DNA of 64,000 nucleotides, from the NCBI GenBank assembly GCA_013115145.1, contig JAAPAO010000001.1:62001-126000 (forward strand), in the 5' to 3' direction. Shown piece after piece: positions 1 to 12,610 of this stretch. The first letter of the stretch is position 1, and every line of letters begins with the position of its first letter. The translations under genes were made by a program, and so were the position numbers. Source of the DNA: Perkinsus chesapeaki ATCC PRA-425. Its lineage: Eukaryota > Protista > Perkinsozoa. Under the pieces are notes generated by a model, which saw only the letters and a list, made by a program, of their open reading frames with translations, made no database searches and had not been told where the DNA came from.

Positions 1-447
1 CCATCGATCCTCTTAGACCTGTCTCTGCAGCCCTGCAGCTCATCGATAAAGAGTGGGAAGAAGGGCGAGTGAGCTCCAATGATTAGCATTTTTACAAGCC
101 CTACACGTGTACATTTGTCTCCACTTCTAGTGTCCAGTATTTTTGTGACTGTTTCTCTGCATCATCAACTTGAGTGTTGTAAGTTGCCGGAAGAAGGCGT
201 AGCTTACGGAACTCGTATGCCACGATGAGCACGTATTCGATTAAGAGAAGATATATCGTCGAATAGTTACCTCAACGGTGACGTGACTCGAGAGAAGTCT
301 GTGGGGGACCCTCGAGGGCTAAACTATATCGTCGGCAGCGCGAAGTCATTGGACAATTATTGCCCCTTCAGTAGAAATCACCTCAACACTAGCATTGCCG
401 GGTATCAAGATGTAACAAATGTACATGGAATAACGATGACAGAGTGA
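1..447 (+). CDS. 3' end of an unidentified spliced gene (partial)
   Basis: Exon-like IDPLRPVSAALQLIDKEWEEGR is followed by a GTGAG donor at about 68. A stop-free stretch ...EDISSNSYLNGDVTREKSVGDPRGLNYIVGS...GITMTE ends at TGA 445-447. No recognisable domain. Confidence 0.25.
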
Positions 448-503
448 TCACAATAGTAAACTTATTTATAGTACACATACATGTAATAGTCTCATGCGGA
501 TGA

Positions 504-1690
504 TCAGTAATAATTACTCAGGAACGGCCAGGACGGTAGAAGTCGCTGCGTAAGGGTGTAACAGGCAATCTGCTGACCCTTTGCACTCCAAGTATGTTTT
601 CCATCTGAAGCTCCCAGTTCACCAAATTGCATTGTTAACCGGTCGTCACCTCGGCCATAATCTTGGCGATTCCCATACTGCTGCCTCGATGCAACTGTCG
701 TGACCTTGAAGACCGTGACTTCTTCTATGTTCATTTTGGCTTCCTACTTACCGATCATTCACGTCTTCATGAGCATCCTTATAGTCCTCTGCATAAGTTC
801 GCCCATCAACGGGGGCATGCTGGCCCAGGCCTCTCCATGTTGACGGGTTTGTTGCTATGCTGCTTGGCCTAGTTCGAGACTGAGAACATTCTCCAACCGA
901 AGTAGTGATGGGACGGCTCACTCGAACACTTGTGTGGGTCCTCGGTGTCGATGAGGATGTTGCACCTGATCAGATTACTTGATTAACACGGAGCATGCGG
1001 ATCCATTACTCCTGATAGGTGGCAGCTTCAATCTCGGCACATCCTTCGGTTTAATAACAGCAGCTGCCTTTGCTTTCGCTTCGACCTGACACTCCAGACT
1101 CGCGAAACTCCCACAGTATGAAACAATGCGATAAGCTATAAGACACGCAAGTTGTTGCTGCACACATTGCATTCATAAGGCAATCTGAGCATACAGTTCC
1201 TTGGCCGCATGGGCATCCAAGCTTGATGCCCAGATTAAACCTCCTAGACAGTAAGGCGGAGATTGCCTAGCTTACCGCATAACACAGTCCGTCCAAGAAT
1301 AGGACATAACAACAATGCCTGAGCGTGCTGACGCGTCGCCCATCGGAATACGGGAGCGATGGGTCCGGATCTCCGAAGCGCTGGTGTCCGAAGCGCAGGT
1401 CGGAGCCCTACCTATTGTTGCTACCATGCTCGTAAATCCTCCAGCTCTCGCTCGCCGGCTGCCGTTCCCTTTCTGCAGTGAATTTTCCGGCACAACGGTT
1501 GCGGCGGCGTCTCGATGTTCAGAATACTGTTTAACAACAGACGAATGAGGCAGTTGTACGGCTCTTGAAAAGTCGCAACGCACCTTGAAGAATACATTTA
1601 GAAAGGGGTGTGTAAGACATCGAGTTTGAGGCAGACACAGACCACCTTCATAGTTCATAGCGCAGCCTACTATAGTCAACCTCTTTGAAC
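504..1690 (-). CDS. Hypothetical spliced coding region; possible continuation of the EF-hand gene or a separate gene
   Basis: Several GT..AG-bounded exon-like segments (e.g. VEAKAKAAAVIKPKDVPRLKLPPI, GLGQHAPVDGRTYAEDYKDAHEDVND). I could not fix one continuous frame. Confidence 0.25.
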
Positions 1691-1695
1691 TTAAA

Positions 1696-3336
1696 TTATC
1701 TTCCCAAGGTGGCGGGGAGTACTTGTTCGAGAAGAGTTTGGTCAGCTCCAACACTGGACCACTGCTGAGCTTGATACTGCTCAATGACCGAGTTAACGCT
1801 CACAGGGCCTGAGGGAAGCATGAGCGCAAAGCAACGCGATTTAATCACCTGGAATGAACGATCTCAAAAGCATTCTATCGGACTCAAAAACTCGTTTGAA
1901 ATCTTCCAGCGTAACAATCTGGTCGGTGTCGATTGCCTCTTCCTCGACATCTGAGAGCGTTCCTGGTGCACACAAACACTCTCACCCGGCTAGGTTTCCT
2001 AGTGCCACTTTTTTGCTTCTCATTCAGAGAGGCTTCTAGCCCTTCCCGAGAGCACTGCGCTAATAATAGCTCACCACGCTTCCAAAGCCGCCGTTCATCT
2101 TTAGATTCTTGCCTCGCAGTCAGGGCCTTCATAGTCGCTAAATGGAGGATAAAAGGCTCCAGAGGGAACAGTGAGCGCATGCCTACCTCGAAAGAGAAGC
2201 TCTGCGTCACGGATAGCAAGCCGGTCGTTAAGAAGGTGATCGGCAAAGGCGTCGATGGGAGCTCGAGTGATGTTATTAACTTTTGCCGAGAGGAATAGAC
2301 TCTTCATCTCCGCACTGGTCAAACAATTGTCTTCATCCGTATCAAACACCTACACAGGACCGCTGAACACCGAGAACTTGGCAGGTCTCTTGGGAACCAG
2401 TGGCCGCGAGCCAACAGTAATGCAGATAAATCCTGCAGACAGCCCCAAACAAGAATCATAATGGTTTCAGATTGTTGAGCGGTTATTGCCTTTTGGATGA
2501 CAAATCCTCGCTGAGGATGTATTTTCTGTCTTCCATTTCTCGCCAAAGCCACCGTCCTCCTCAGCGATGACTCACTTGGAAAAGTAGCTCGACCTTCTCC
2601 AGTCTCGATACCTCAGGACTTGCCAACAGCACCAGTGACGTCGAGAGAGCTTCAATCGATATACTCCCCAGCCCCTTGCGATCAAGTTTCCAAAAAAGTC
2701 GCTGAAATGGGGCAGTGTGTTCGACGTTGAATTTCTCGTTACCTCAAGTATGTGGAGCAAGCGCGTTATGTATGCAGTTGTCGTCCGGTAGCGTTCCGTC
2801 CTTGATTGAAATTGAGGAGCCTAAAACCCTTAACCTTGCTCCTTCGGCCACTCTGACAGGTCGAGCCCTACTTGGGAGAGCCTAATGACGGTTATCTTTT
2901 TAAAAGCGTCGGCATCCACTAAAATCGTTCTATGATCAACTGCTTCCTGCTTAATATCGTTCAGTAATCCTCTTAAGAATCCCTTTGTTAAACTAATAGT
3001 ATCATCGGCAGGCATTCCGGTACATTCTACCATTCTTGCAGCAATCGACATGCCATTCGATCCTCCAAGTCCACCGGATTCGGTCGGGCAGTGAACGAGC
3101 CACGCGGTGGGCCCTCTGCATCTTGCTCTTCCTGGACCTACGGCGAAGCCCTACTAATAAGGAGTGCGTGGTCTTTGTCTGAACACCCCAGAGGTACTTG
3201 GCCCAGGTTGGCCCACTTAGATAGAGAAATTTAGCAACTAGCGTTTGAGAAACTCGGCCTGATTATCGATGAGAATGTTCCCGTACATGATTCGCTTTCT
3301 CCATTCTGGACGCGGCCAGTAGATTGAAGAACCCAT
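1696..3336 (-). CDS. EF-hand Ca2+-binding protein, calcineurin-B/NCS-like (multi-exon; 3' end uncertain)
   Basis: Spliced translation gives RLFWKLDRKGLGSISIEALSTSLVLLASPEVSRLEKVELLFQ|VFDTDEDNCLTSAEMKSLF and later DTDQIVTLEDFKRVFESD. These are EF-hand loops with the KVELLFQVFD spacing typical of the CnB/NCS family. Candidate start is MGSSIYW at 3336. Confidence 0.65.
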
Positions 3337-3499
3337 GATCTGGGCGACTGTAGTTGAACCGGGCGGAGCGATGGGTTTGACTCATTCAGCAGTAATCATA
3401 ACCCACTATTAATTCACACTTAAATAAGAGCCACTCAAACCAATAGACAATGAGGATTCAATATTCATGATCATGAAATAACCTCCGGGGAATCTTCAC

Positions 3500-4638
3500 T
3501 CAACCTGCTTGTTCAGGTGGCTGCTCTCCCTGCGGTACCAATTTGAACTCTTGCAGTCGACTAATAAGCGGTTGCTCCATAAAGGGCGCTGCCTCACCAT
3601 CCCCATCCGTTTGGTCGGACCGTGACCAGCCTGAGATAACCATAGCCGCTCGAACCCTACACAAAAGGCTTTTGTCACCTGCATGCGTGACCTCTATGCG
3701 TTGGCTCATCTTGTCAAGAACTTCTTTCAGCATGTCCGCGAATTCGAAGGCCATAGCCTCCATTTTGTGCGTCAACTGTCTGATAGATGCGTCCTGAAAT
3801 CCGCCCCGTCCATTTAACACACTCCCTCCTTTGTTACTTTCTTTGCTATTTCATCCTCCTTCTCCTTGCGTGTTGCCTCGCGTCTGTTCTCGACCTCAAC
3901 TAAAGGAGAAGCCCCTCCAGTAAAGCGTCTCCACCTTATCATTACCGATATCCTCCTGCGCCTTTTTAACTTGCTCCTTTAAATCAGCTATGCGCTCATT
4001 GAAGCTATTCTGCATCTCATTATACTGCCGAGTCATTTCTGATACCACTTCCCTCCGCCGCTCCAGTTCTCGGTCACTTTGAACCCCCAATTCCGCTGAA
4101 TTAATCGGAACCATTTCGGCACTTCGGATTCTTAATGAGCTGCCCTTTCCACACTACAGATTTGTGTTTTCAAAATGCGTGATATCGACCAAGTGAGACC
4201 TATCTTAGATCACTCAGACTAACCTAGGTTCTAGGAGTCGCCGCTGAAAAAACACGACTCAGATTGCCCGTTTGCTGCACATTAATTCCTTTCAGTTGGT
4301 TGCTTTCCAGCCTAGTTCTCCGAAGCTCCCTCTAATCCCCAACGCTCAATGCCCCCACACTGAGCTACCTTTCCGTTTCCTTTGCTCCTCGAGTTTCTCC
4401 TTACTTTGGTCCTGAGGGGGCACTATAACCCGAACCAATATGCACAGTAGATGAGAAAGCTTCCCCATTATACGAATTGTTAGTAAATCGCCGCCCCTAT
4501 TATTACAATAACTTCTTCCTTAAGCTGTATCCGATGCCTAATAACCTCTAGTCGTTTCTGTAGCATATAGTTCTCTAGGTCGTAGTCCTTTTCTTCGGCG
4601 CCGCCATCCTTCTTTGCTGGAGCTTTCTTAGGTGGCAT
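3500..4638 (-). CDS. CCDC153: Dynein regulatory complex subunit DRC12 / CCDC153-like flagellar coiled-coil protein
   Basis: MPPKKAPAKK N-terminus, then VVSEMTRQYNEMQNSFNERIADL and KMEAMAFEFADMLKEVLDKMSQRIEVT, which match the CCDC153 family pattern as I recall it. Confidence 0.7.
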
Positions 4639-4699
4639 TCTTAATAAAGCCTTACAGACCAAACCAAGCATGGCAAGTTCGCAAGAAATATGTTTAGAT

Positions 4700-5388
4700 G
4701 TTGGATCGGCTTCCTCAAGCCTTACTGACAGCTTAGCGCAATGAATAGGGATCTCAAGCGACTAAGGGTGGAACTATTAACAACACCTTCCTCGGAAGTG
4801 TCCCTCCTCCCCAGGATAGGCTAGGACATGGCAATATTCAACAGGAATGTGCCGTGAATTTACTGCTACTCTCTGTTATACCCACGATACCCGCCAAATG
4901 GCCTTATAACACGAGCAACACAACACTCATCTTTCCTTTCTTTCCTCGCGAGGAGCATAGAGTTTATCCTGTCCGAAAGTGCGCTGTTGTCGGCGGTGCA
5001 ATTAGAGCCGTTATACCGCCCCGACAAGGAACTATTCCGCCTCTCATCTATTATGCGGTGTCCAAATAAACCCGACTGGTGTTTTAACAACGCAATTAGC
5101 GTTCGCCTCTTTTTGATGAAACCGCGCACGTCGTCGGCTCCTACGATGGACGATTTAAATTATACCATCAGCTCAGTTAACAAACCTCAACCTGAGCTGA
5201 AGCACAGAGAGGGCGATTAGGGACCAGAAAGGAGAGTGGGATTTTCTATTAAGAATTGCAAGGTCTTCAACAACTGGTTAGTTACCACACTTCTACTGCT
5301 AAATAACCAAATAGAAAGTCCGAAAAACGCTCAGGGAGGTATAAGATATATGGAAAGCATTTATAAAAACACTCGAGGGATGACGTAA
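4700..5388 (+). CDS. Hypothetical protein (start uncertain)
   Basis: ORFs 4854-5069 and 4987-5220, plus an open stretch GPERRVGFSIK...RYMESIYKNTRGMT* ending at 5388. No domain recognised. Confidence 0.3.
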
Positions 5389-5432
5389 GTGTTATTAAAG
5401 CCGCTTAGAGAGTCGATAAGAGTAGCTATTGA

Positions 5433-6016
5433 TTATAGAGTATAGTCCGCCGTACTTAGGCTTATAGATGCGATGATACCGCTCTTGAAATGGATAGGTA
5501 ACACAATACTACTCACGGCCAACTGGAGTTCAATAGGGGTGGGGTTCGGGGGAATATAGAACTTAATCCTTTGGAAGATGTATGGTATCCTTGTCAACCT
5601 AGGATTCCCTATCGGCATCCCAGTCATACATCGAACTTGACCGTTTTTTGTCCATGCAACTAGAGTCGTGTTAATAGTGTAATAACCTGGTTTATATGGT
5701 TTGATGGAGCTCAACCCTTTAGCTATATAATTACATTTAGTCCTGAATCTGACTTGATAGAAGCCAGCGAGCATGTGCGTGGCCGGCCAACCACATAAAC
5801 TGATTCAGGCGATACACCAACGCTTGTTGCCCACTGCGGGCAGGTCGATTCTAGGATCAAGGTGTGTAACGACCATACTGGTCTTATCGAGCTGCACAAT
5901 CCTTTACGAGTCCATATACGGAATAGGTGTGCATGAAGCGCAGAGGATGGCCGAGAGAACCCGAGTGGTAAGTATCGACTGCAGCCCGCTGGGTGAGTGA
6001 TTTTCTCGTACATCAT
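5433..6016 (-). CDS. Hypothetical protein
   Basis: A 113-aa open frame (5433-5774) with overlapping upstream ORFs, convergent with the previous gene. No domain recognised. Confidence 0.25.
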
Positions 6017-6177
6017 TTCATTACATCAAGTTGGTAAATAAGTTCGAATGCAACTTAATTAGGGATTGCATACTATTTTGGCAACAAGTCGAAATTATCA
6101 CTTTAGCACGGATTGAGGAAAACAACTGATTCCTCCGTAGTGTATTATATATAGGGAAAGGTGGTGATCTTAAAAGT

Positions 6178-8033
6178 ATGGTCGTATTAGATGTTTCCCA
6201 CCCTCTTCTCAAAGCTTCGGCTCCTATGCACTGGCAGCAGTGCACCAAAGGAGCATCCCACCCCTTTAGGGTATCCACGTTATATGTATCCTAGCATTCC
6301 TATCGCTACGGTGGCAACTTCCTGGACTATGTGGGACCAAAGGGATAATCCCAGCAAACCGCAGAATGCAATATATGAAGGTGATCTCCTTCTTAGCATC
6401 ATCCTCGCTGACGCCAATTCCTGTCCTTTACATTAGGACCACCTCTCTCACGGTATAGATCTTCCCCGAGTCAGTGAACTTCTAATACGAGCCGAGATTC
6501 TCACACACGCCTGGATGCGAGGGGAATTAAGGGACCCAAGCACTACCAAGAAAACCGATGATGTGAGATTGCTGCTCACTCACGCTCTTGACAGCGGAGT
6601 CGAATCTCAGGACGTCTTCACCAACCGTCTGGTTGAGATATGCGACATCGGGCTCTGCTCTGCCGTCATTGGTATCTTCGTACCAGCGCCACTGTCCACT
6701 ATGTGTCTGGCTATCTGTTGGTTCACCTATTGGATCCTCAAACGTTGCTGTGGTACCTTCCTCTGCCTCCAGTGGGACCAGCTACTGCTCGAATGCTCCG
6801 CCCTTGGATGCGCCCTATCTGTTCCACCACTGCAGCTCGGCGCCGTATGGAGTCTACGTATGCTGCTGTTTAAGCTCATCCTTTCATCTGGCATTTGCAA
6901 GATAGTCTCAGGCTGCCCGAAGTGGGCGTCCCTCACCGCTATGGACTATCACTTCTGGACCCAACCGTTACCCACAATTATCGGTTACCATCTCAATCGT
7001 AAACTGACCCCAGGGCTGAGCCGCCTCATGGTATGTTTCACGTTCTTCGTTCAGCTACTCCCGGTACCATGGTTGCTCCTTCTCCCGTATCCGTTCGGGG
7101 CCATGGGCGCTTCGCTGATAGGGCTCATGATGGTCCTCATTGCATTCACTGGCAACTACGGCTTCTTCAACTACCTTACGTGCGCACTGGCCCTCTCAGT
7201 ACCGTTCACATCGAGCAGTGAACGAGTCGAGCCGTATACTATCTTCGACGCTGTTGCTCTTTGCTATGGTTTGATCACCAGCCTCGGTGTCATCCAACCT
7301 TTGCTGTGCACATTGGACCTTCGTCATCCGGCTTGCGCTTGGGCGTCATCAATAAGTCAATTCCTCAGGCCAATGGCAATCAGCAGCGGATATGGTTTGT
7401 TTGCCAGGATGACCACCTTCCGAATGGAGCTCAACTTCGAGGTGGAGGTCTCGCCAAGTGGCGGCCCATGGCACGAGGTCATCTTCAAGCACAAACCAGT
7501 GGATCCGAATAACCCGCCATATTTTCTCCCTATCGGACACATGCCTAGACTGGACTGGCGCCTGTGGTTCGTACCGTTAGGGTTGGTGCGAGGTGCCCCG
7601 ATGCCTTCGTGGGTTGATACGTTCATCGAGAAGTTGTTAAAGCGAGAGCCCTGCGTTGTGAACGGAATTCTTCCCAAGCAATCTTTTGCTTGGGATGATG
7701 TAACCAGAGTTCGTGTCGTCCTTTGGAACTACAGCTTTGGAGACCGTGGCTGGGTTCGCGAAAGGCTTGATGTAAGTCCCGCTCACTTGGTCGTTAATGA
7801 TTTGTCACTAGCGATCTGGGCTTCGGTATCACCGTTGACCTTGTGTTTTGCCTGATCATCGCTGGTATGCTGTTGTTCATTGTCAGACACTGTACGTCGC
7901 ATCCCTCGATTCGCGAGGGGAGCTGATATGCAGAAGTCCGGAAAGCCTGTCCGAATCTTCCTCCTCCTGCCCTTCAGAGAGCAGCATGAGCTCCTCCGAG
8001 GAGCCTATTATCGTTCCCCTTCATGAATCATGA
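6178..8033 (+). CDS. LMF: Lipase maturation factor (LMF1/LMF2 family) ER membrane protein
   Basis: First exon ILAFLSLRWQLPGLCGTKGIIPA, then LLECSALG, FKLILSSGICK, WASLTAMDYHFWTQPLPT, IAFTGNYGFFNYLT, SGYGLFARMTTFR, FKHKP and GHMPRLDWRLWF, all LMF hallmarks. A GTAAGT donor near 7772 leads to a last exon ending at 8033. The exact start is uncertain. Confidence 0.9.
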
Positions 8034-8197
8034 CTATTATAACATACCATAAATGCGCCTATGCTAATCTTGTGATTTTAACAGGCTGATTAACACTTGT
8101 GTCGTATAGGCCGTCACATTCATTATCTAACGTTATCGTACAGTGTTGGGTGATAACTAGTAACTCAACCGATCATCGAATGACAACAACCGGATCA

Positions 8198-9336
8198 TCA
8201 TGTGAACAAACCAACTATGTGCTTCAAAGACCTATAATGTACAAACGCCCCGCCAGCGTTCTTCGGAGGCAGCGGAAGGACGCCGTTACGGAACGGTGCT
8301 GCTAAGGCGTGGACAGCCTCATGTGACATGCCCCATGGTGGAGAGTAGCAGCTGCAAAGAACTCCCTCTATAATGACATGGCCGCTAGGCAGAAGGGGGC
8401 AGGCTAAACCAGAGTCACTGAGCTCAATGGCTTGAACGGACTGGACCTTGTAGTTGAGGAGTTGGTGGTCTAAAGCGGAGAGCCTAACAAAAGTCACCGA
8501 CAATTTAAAAACTCGGTTTGGCATGGCTCACTTAAATACGGTCGTAGCGGTGCAGGACACTTGCTTGGCTGGAAGATATCCAAGATTGGTGGGTACAAGA
8601 TGCTCAGGGGAGAGATAAAGATCACCGGATGACGCTGTTGTAAGCCGGAGGAATCGATGACGTCTCTGAGGACCACTTAGCCCAGGGGCTGCCCGCCGTC
8701 CACGTACTTTTGGAGATGGAGGCTCATAATGCAGCCACCCGACAATAGGCTCGAAGTGGGGTTCCTGCGAAGCTGAGGAGCTGGTCAACACACAATCTCC
8801 AACGTCGATATCTGAGGTCATCATGAATCGGAACAGCTCTCATCTTGCCTACCGCAGAGGGGCGTCCACCCTCTTCCTTGGACGAACGCTCGACTCGTAA
8901 CAGGGAAGCACGTTGGCATCCTTCCACCACCTCCAGGCATCCTGACAACTGGATCGAGCAGTAGCGACTGCAAGCTTACATAGAATAGGCCCTTTGGACG
9001 GACGCCACACACTCGTGCGTGGCTAAGGCATCTCCCTGATAGGCAGCAGCAGCTCGTCACGGAGAAGGGTGACAATAAGCGGACCTTGAACTCTCTTTGA
9101 CACTCGCTGATGCAATCCTGCTCATCCCCACTGTTGCAGTCTAGCTTCCAGTCCTTGTTGTTCGCGGCAAAATAGATACGCTTGATCCTATCATCATGTC
9201 CAAGATAACCGTACTGGAAATATCCAGTAGACTCACCCGAAAGCCGTGGATAAAGGATCGTTATGATGGCACATGGTACTTGATGCGAATGTACTTGCAA
9301 TGCTATGATGAGGCTGATGACCGATATGGTGGGCAT
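8198..9336 (-). CDS. Secreted Hedgehog-type Hint + sterol-recognition region (Hog) autoprocessing precursor
   Basis: Signal peptide MPTISVISLIIALQVHS. The spliced Hint reads GGGGRMPT|CFPVTSRAFVQGRGWTPLCDIDVGDCVLT...GWLHYEP...LYLSPEHLV...AKQV...GLACPLLPSGHVIIEGVLCSCYS. An SRR-like segment follows: SHEAVHALAAPFR...VHYRSLKHI. Confidence 0.85.
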
Positions 9337-9551
9337 CGAGAGCCATTATGGCAGGCAAATACTTCCGGACATTCTGGCCATTAAAAAACACAAGGGACAG
9401 AGGTGTCGAGAGAATGTGACATGACAGTCCTTAACAAAGTGAATCATATGCGAAATCTCGGAGGCAATCTACTTTCAGTGAATTCAGCATCCTGTCTCGG
9501 CACACCCGCGGGATGCCTGACGGACGGTTCTTAGGCGACCACTGGAGCTTC

Positions 9552-10345
9552 TCACCGTGCTCTATGTTTTTTGACTCTCTTTTCCTCCTTAGCAATCCTC
9601 CTCCTTCTATGTCCGGGCCTCACACGCTCCTCTGCCTCTTGTCCGCTGCTCTCCCCATCCGACTCCACAACTTCATCGTTCGAGCATCGCGCTCTACCAG
9701 AGCTACCATTCGACTTTCTCCGATCGCGCTGGACTACCACGGCTGTTGGAACTGACCATGGCCACATCGCTCAAAGAACCCTCTGGCCACTCTCACGGGC
9801 CGTTGTGTATCCGAAGCTGGTCCGCCTGATCGACATGGAATCCTTGCTGGCGAGATCCTCCATTCGCCGATCGAGCTGAAGGAAGGATGAGGGGATGCTA
9901 CTGAGCACGACGCCTCGAACCTCGCGGTTGAGTTCTTCAGCATTAGCAATCCAACGGGATCGGCTTCCTGAGGTGCTGTTGCCGTCATCGTTATCTGATC
10001 ATGAAACTGTGTCGCAACCGGTATGTAAATTTCAGTGGCAAGAGCGCCTTTTCCAACACATTCAACGTTGGCACAGTGCTCAAACAATGTGATGGTGGCT
10101 GGAAGCAGCATCAGCAGCAGCATTGAGAGCAACTATAACACACAGCTCGTGTTCGATTCGCAGATATACGAGAAAACCTTCAATGCCTCTGACGATAGAA
10201 ACAGTAGAGTTCGCTGTAGTAAGGTTGACAAAACGCCCATCACATTATACAGAATCACGTACTGAACAAACTGCCAATTTATCAACTCACCAACCGATAA
10301 TCTTAATCAATAAAGCGCCTACCTTCATCACTATCATCATCAGGT
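9552..10345 (-). CDS. Hypothetical multi-exon protein with acidic then basic C-terminal tail (5' end may extend to about 10750)
   Basis: Exons splice in frame: YVILYNVMGVLSTLLQRTLLFLSSEALK|LLSMLLLMLLPA...KNSTARFE|LDRRMEDLASKD...GYTTA|LPTAVVVQRDRRK...HRRRRIAKEEKRVKKHRAR*. Confidence 0.45.
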
Positions 10346-11012
10346 CCACCTAGGCCTCCTGTTCCAGCCGACAACAGGCTCCTTAGGCTCCTAGACACGC
10401 TCAGCGTACTAGGTGCCGGTATGAATCTGCCGCGAAGTAGCGACCACTGGTGCCGACGAAAACTAAGTCTCCTACTTCACAATTTCGCCACGAAAGGGAG
10501 GCATTCCATTGCTAGATCCTCCGGGCGCAGCCCACAGGCTTTGGTAGAGAGCGACAACATTCAATGGCCCGTCTTGGGCCAAGGCACCGAACACGCGCTA
10601 GCAAAGAAGGTGGAAAGCGTGGTAAGAGAAGAGTGTGACTCACCCTAGATACCCTGATGATCATAAGTGACGGACGGCTGAGTAGTGAGCTCTCACGAAG
10701 ACCGCCGAGCAGAGTGTCATGGAGGACTTGAGGGGATAATCTGACAAGACACACACAGTTATGCTATATTAGGTATACAGCGAGTTATGCGAAAATGTGG
10801 TAGAGATTCCCCCGATGAACATAGGTTGAGCAGCTTCTAGTCATCTAGTCAACTTAAAAGGCTGCTCCGAGCCAGCTTATAAAATGGCACTGGCGAGACA
10901 CTCCATCATTGATGACCTGTTATGCACGATCCTTGCTGGCGCTGTTGCAGAGGTCCACGCCTTCTGGGCGGCCTATCAGGCAACAACTGTGCTTACAACT
11001 GGCTGAGTGATG

Positions 11013-12510
11013 TCATTGGTCTACCGTAGCGATCGAGTCCCCAGCTGATGATAAGCGGCAGGCTAATCTAGCTCTTATTCCCGCCTTCCCTTTTGTTCTC
11101 TCTTTCCTCCTGCTATTACTGAGTATACAGAACAATGACTGGAGAAGGAGTAGCACGTACCTCGAATAACTGCAACTGGACGGAGCACCAGTACGTCGAC
11201 CTTCTCGACTTGAAGCAGTTCGCCGACTGCTCCGCTCGATCTCTAGGGACGAGCTGCGGCCTTGCAACTATCCAAATACATCAACCTCGACACTCCACGG
11301 CCCTACTGCTCTGCCTTGAACTTCCCTCTCGTTGCTTGGTCTCCTAAAATTCACCCACTTTGCCCATCCAACTCCTGTGTGCCCTCTACCAGCGTTCCAC
11401 AACGGCGTCGTTACCCTCTATAGCCGCCGCTAACCTGGCCGCTTCATGGTACTTGAAGTTAGGGTCCAGTTTCCCCTCCACAACTCCGAGATACCTTCAG
11501 CAGTGCAATCAGGAACTCCGTGAACCCGGTGTCGCTCACCCGTCAATGCGAGCAGCCACACCGGCCAGGTCACCATTAACCCGGTTGAATCCGCCATCGA
11601 GACGGTCAGCGACCGGCATTAAGAGGCCCACAAATATCGACTGGGCCACACGACCGCAAGGGCCTCTGCACTCCGGCAACTGCGGCGGCATCTGCCACGT
11701 CATTAGCCGGGACACCTTATCAGCAGCAGAACCTTCCCCTCTTCTAGTTAGACTCACACAAGCGATTAATGACACAATCAAAGTTAACATCAACGTGCTC
11801 ATCTACAGTATATCATCTGCCAACTTGAATGCCGTTCCCCAGCGCTGTATTCCGCCCTCGCCTCGAGCGTGGGTCTCAATGATGTGCTGAGTTGCCAGCG
11901 ACTTCAGACGCTCTCGCCGCTCTATCCTAGACTTTCTTGCCGCCTCTGGACACTCTTCAAGGAGAATGCTTGCCGGCCTCCAGTCCCTGTCATAGTCGGA
12001 AGAGTATCCAACGAGTATCAACAATGCTGCAAGACCTACGATTTCCGAGGTTTCTCCTCCAAAGCTTGCAGAAGTGTATTAAGTTTCCTCTGTAGACTTT
12101 TCCTGGTATTGCAGTAGCCCACCCCTCCCTAACAGTTAGCCCATCACATTGAAGCAGCCCCGGCCTATCTCACCGTTATGTGGGTATCTATGATGGTGGC
12201 TGAGGGGTGCGGAGGCGATCCCCCTTGCTTGGCTGACGAGTGGTCGACTTGCTGAGTTCCCCGCTGCCTCCTTTCGGCCTGAAACTCCCTCCATTGCAGT
12301 CACCTTTACTACTGCCGCTACCTCCCCTCCAAAGGCACTGTACCGCATTCTCTCATTAATGCGAGGACCTCGTAAAGTCTCGTATGTTCTGTGACGGAAC
12401 ATGAGCCCCGAAATGGCCATCTTCCCCGTGCGATGGTGAAGATATTTACGCTGCAGCTCCAGCCGAGTGATAGCTGGTCGCTGCTGTCTTAATAGATTTG
12501 TATTATTCAT
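11013..12510 (-). CDS. Hypothetical multi-exon protein (3' end uncertain)
   Basis: A chain of GT-AG-bounded ORFs (12136-12510, 11803-12024, 11536-11802, then YLGVVEGKLDPNFKYHEAARLAAAIEG). No domain recognised. Confidence 0.45.
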
Positions 12511-12610
12511 TTACACATAGTAGTACATAGCCTCCTAACCATCCGATTCCCTTGACCATTGACAAACTCATCAAGTGACGCCGGAAACCACCATTGAATA
12601 GCATTGACGC

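Noticed and set aside
1100-1400. Cys-rich minus-strand translation resembling a PLAC8 domain (CCYVLFLDGLCY...CPCGQGTVCSDCLMNAMC), which would suggest an EF-hand+PLAC8 fusion
   Set aside because: The shifted frame reads GGLIWASSLDAHAAKELYAQIAL, so the Cys richness may be a frame artefact of Ala/Leu codons. I could not establish a continuous spliced frame.
2508-2567. 10-bp inverted repeat (tcgctgagga / tcctcagcga) in the long intron of the EF-hand gene
   Set aside because: A few such stems are expected by chance in 64 kb, and there are no snoRNA boxes or other support.
9734-9790. In-frame TGA between two minus-strand ORFs, suggesting selenocysteine or readthrough
   Set aside because: The TGA lies inside a GTGAG...CAG intron whose removal restores the frame (GYTTA|LPTAVV).
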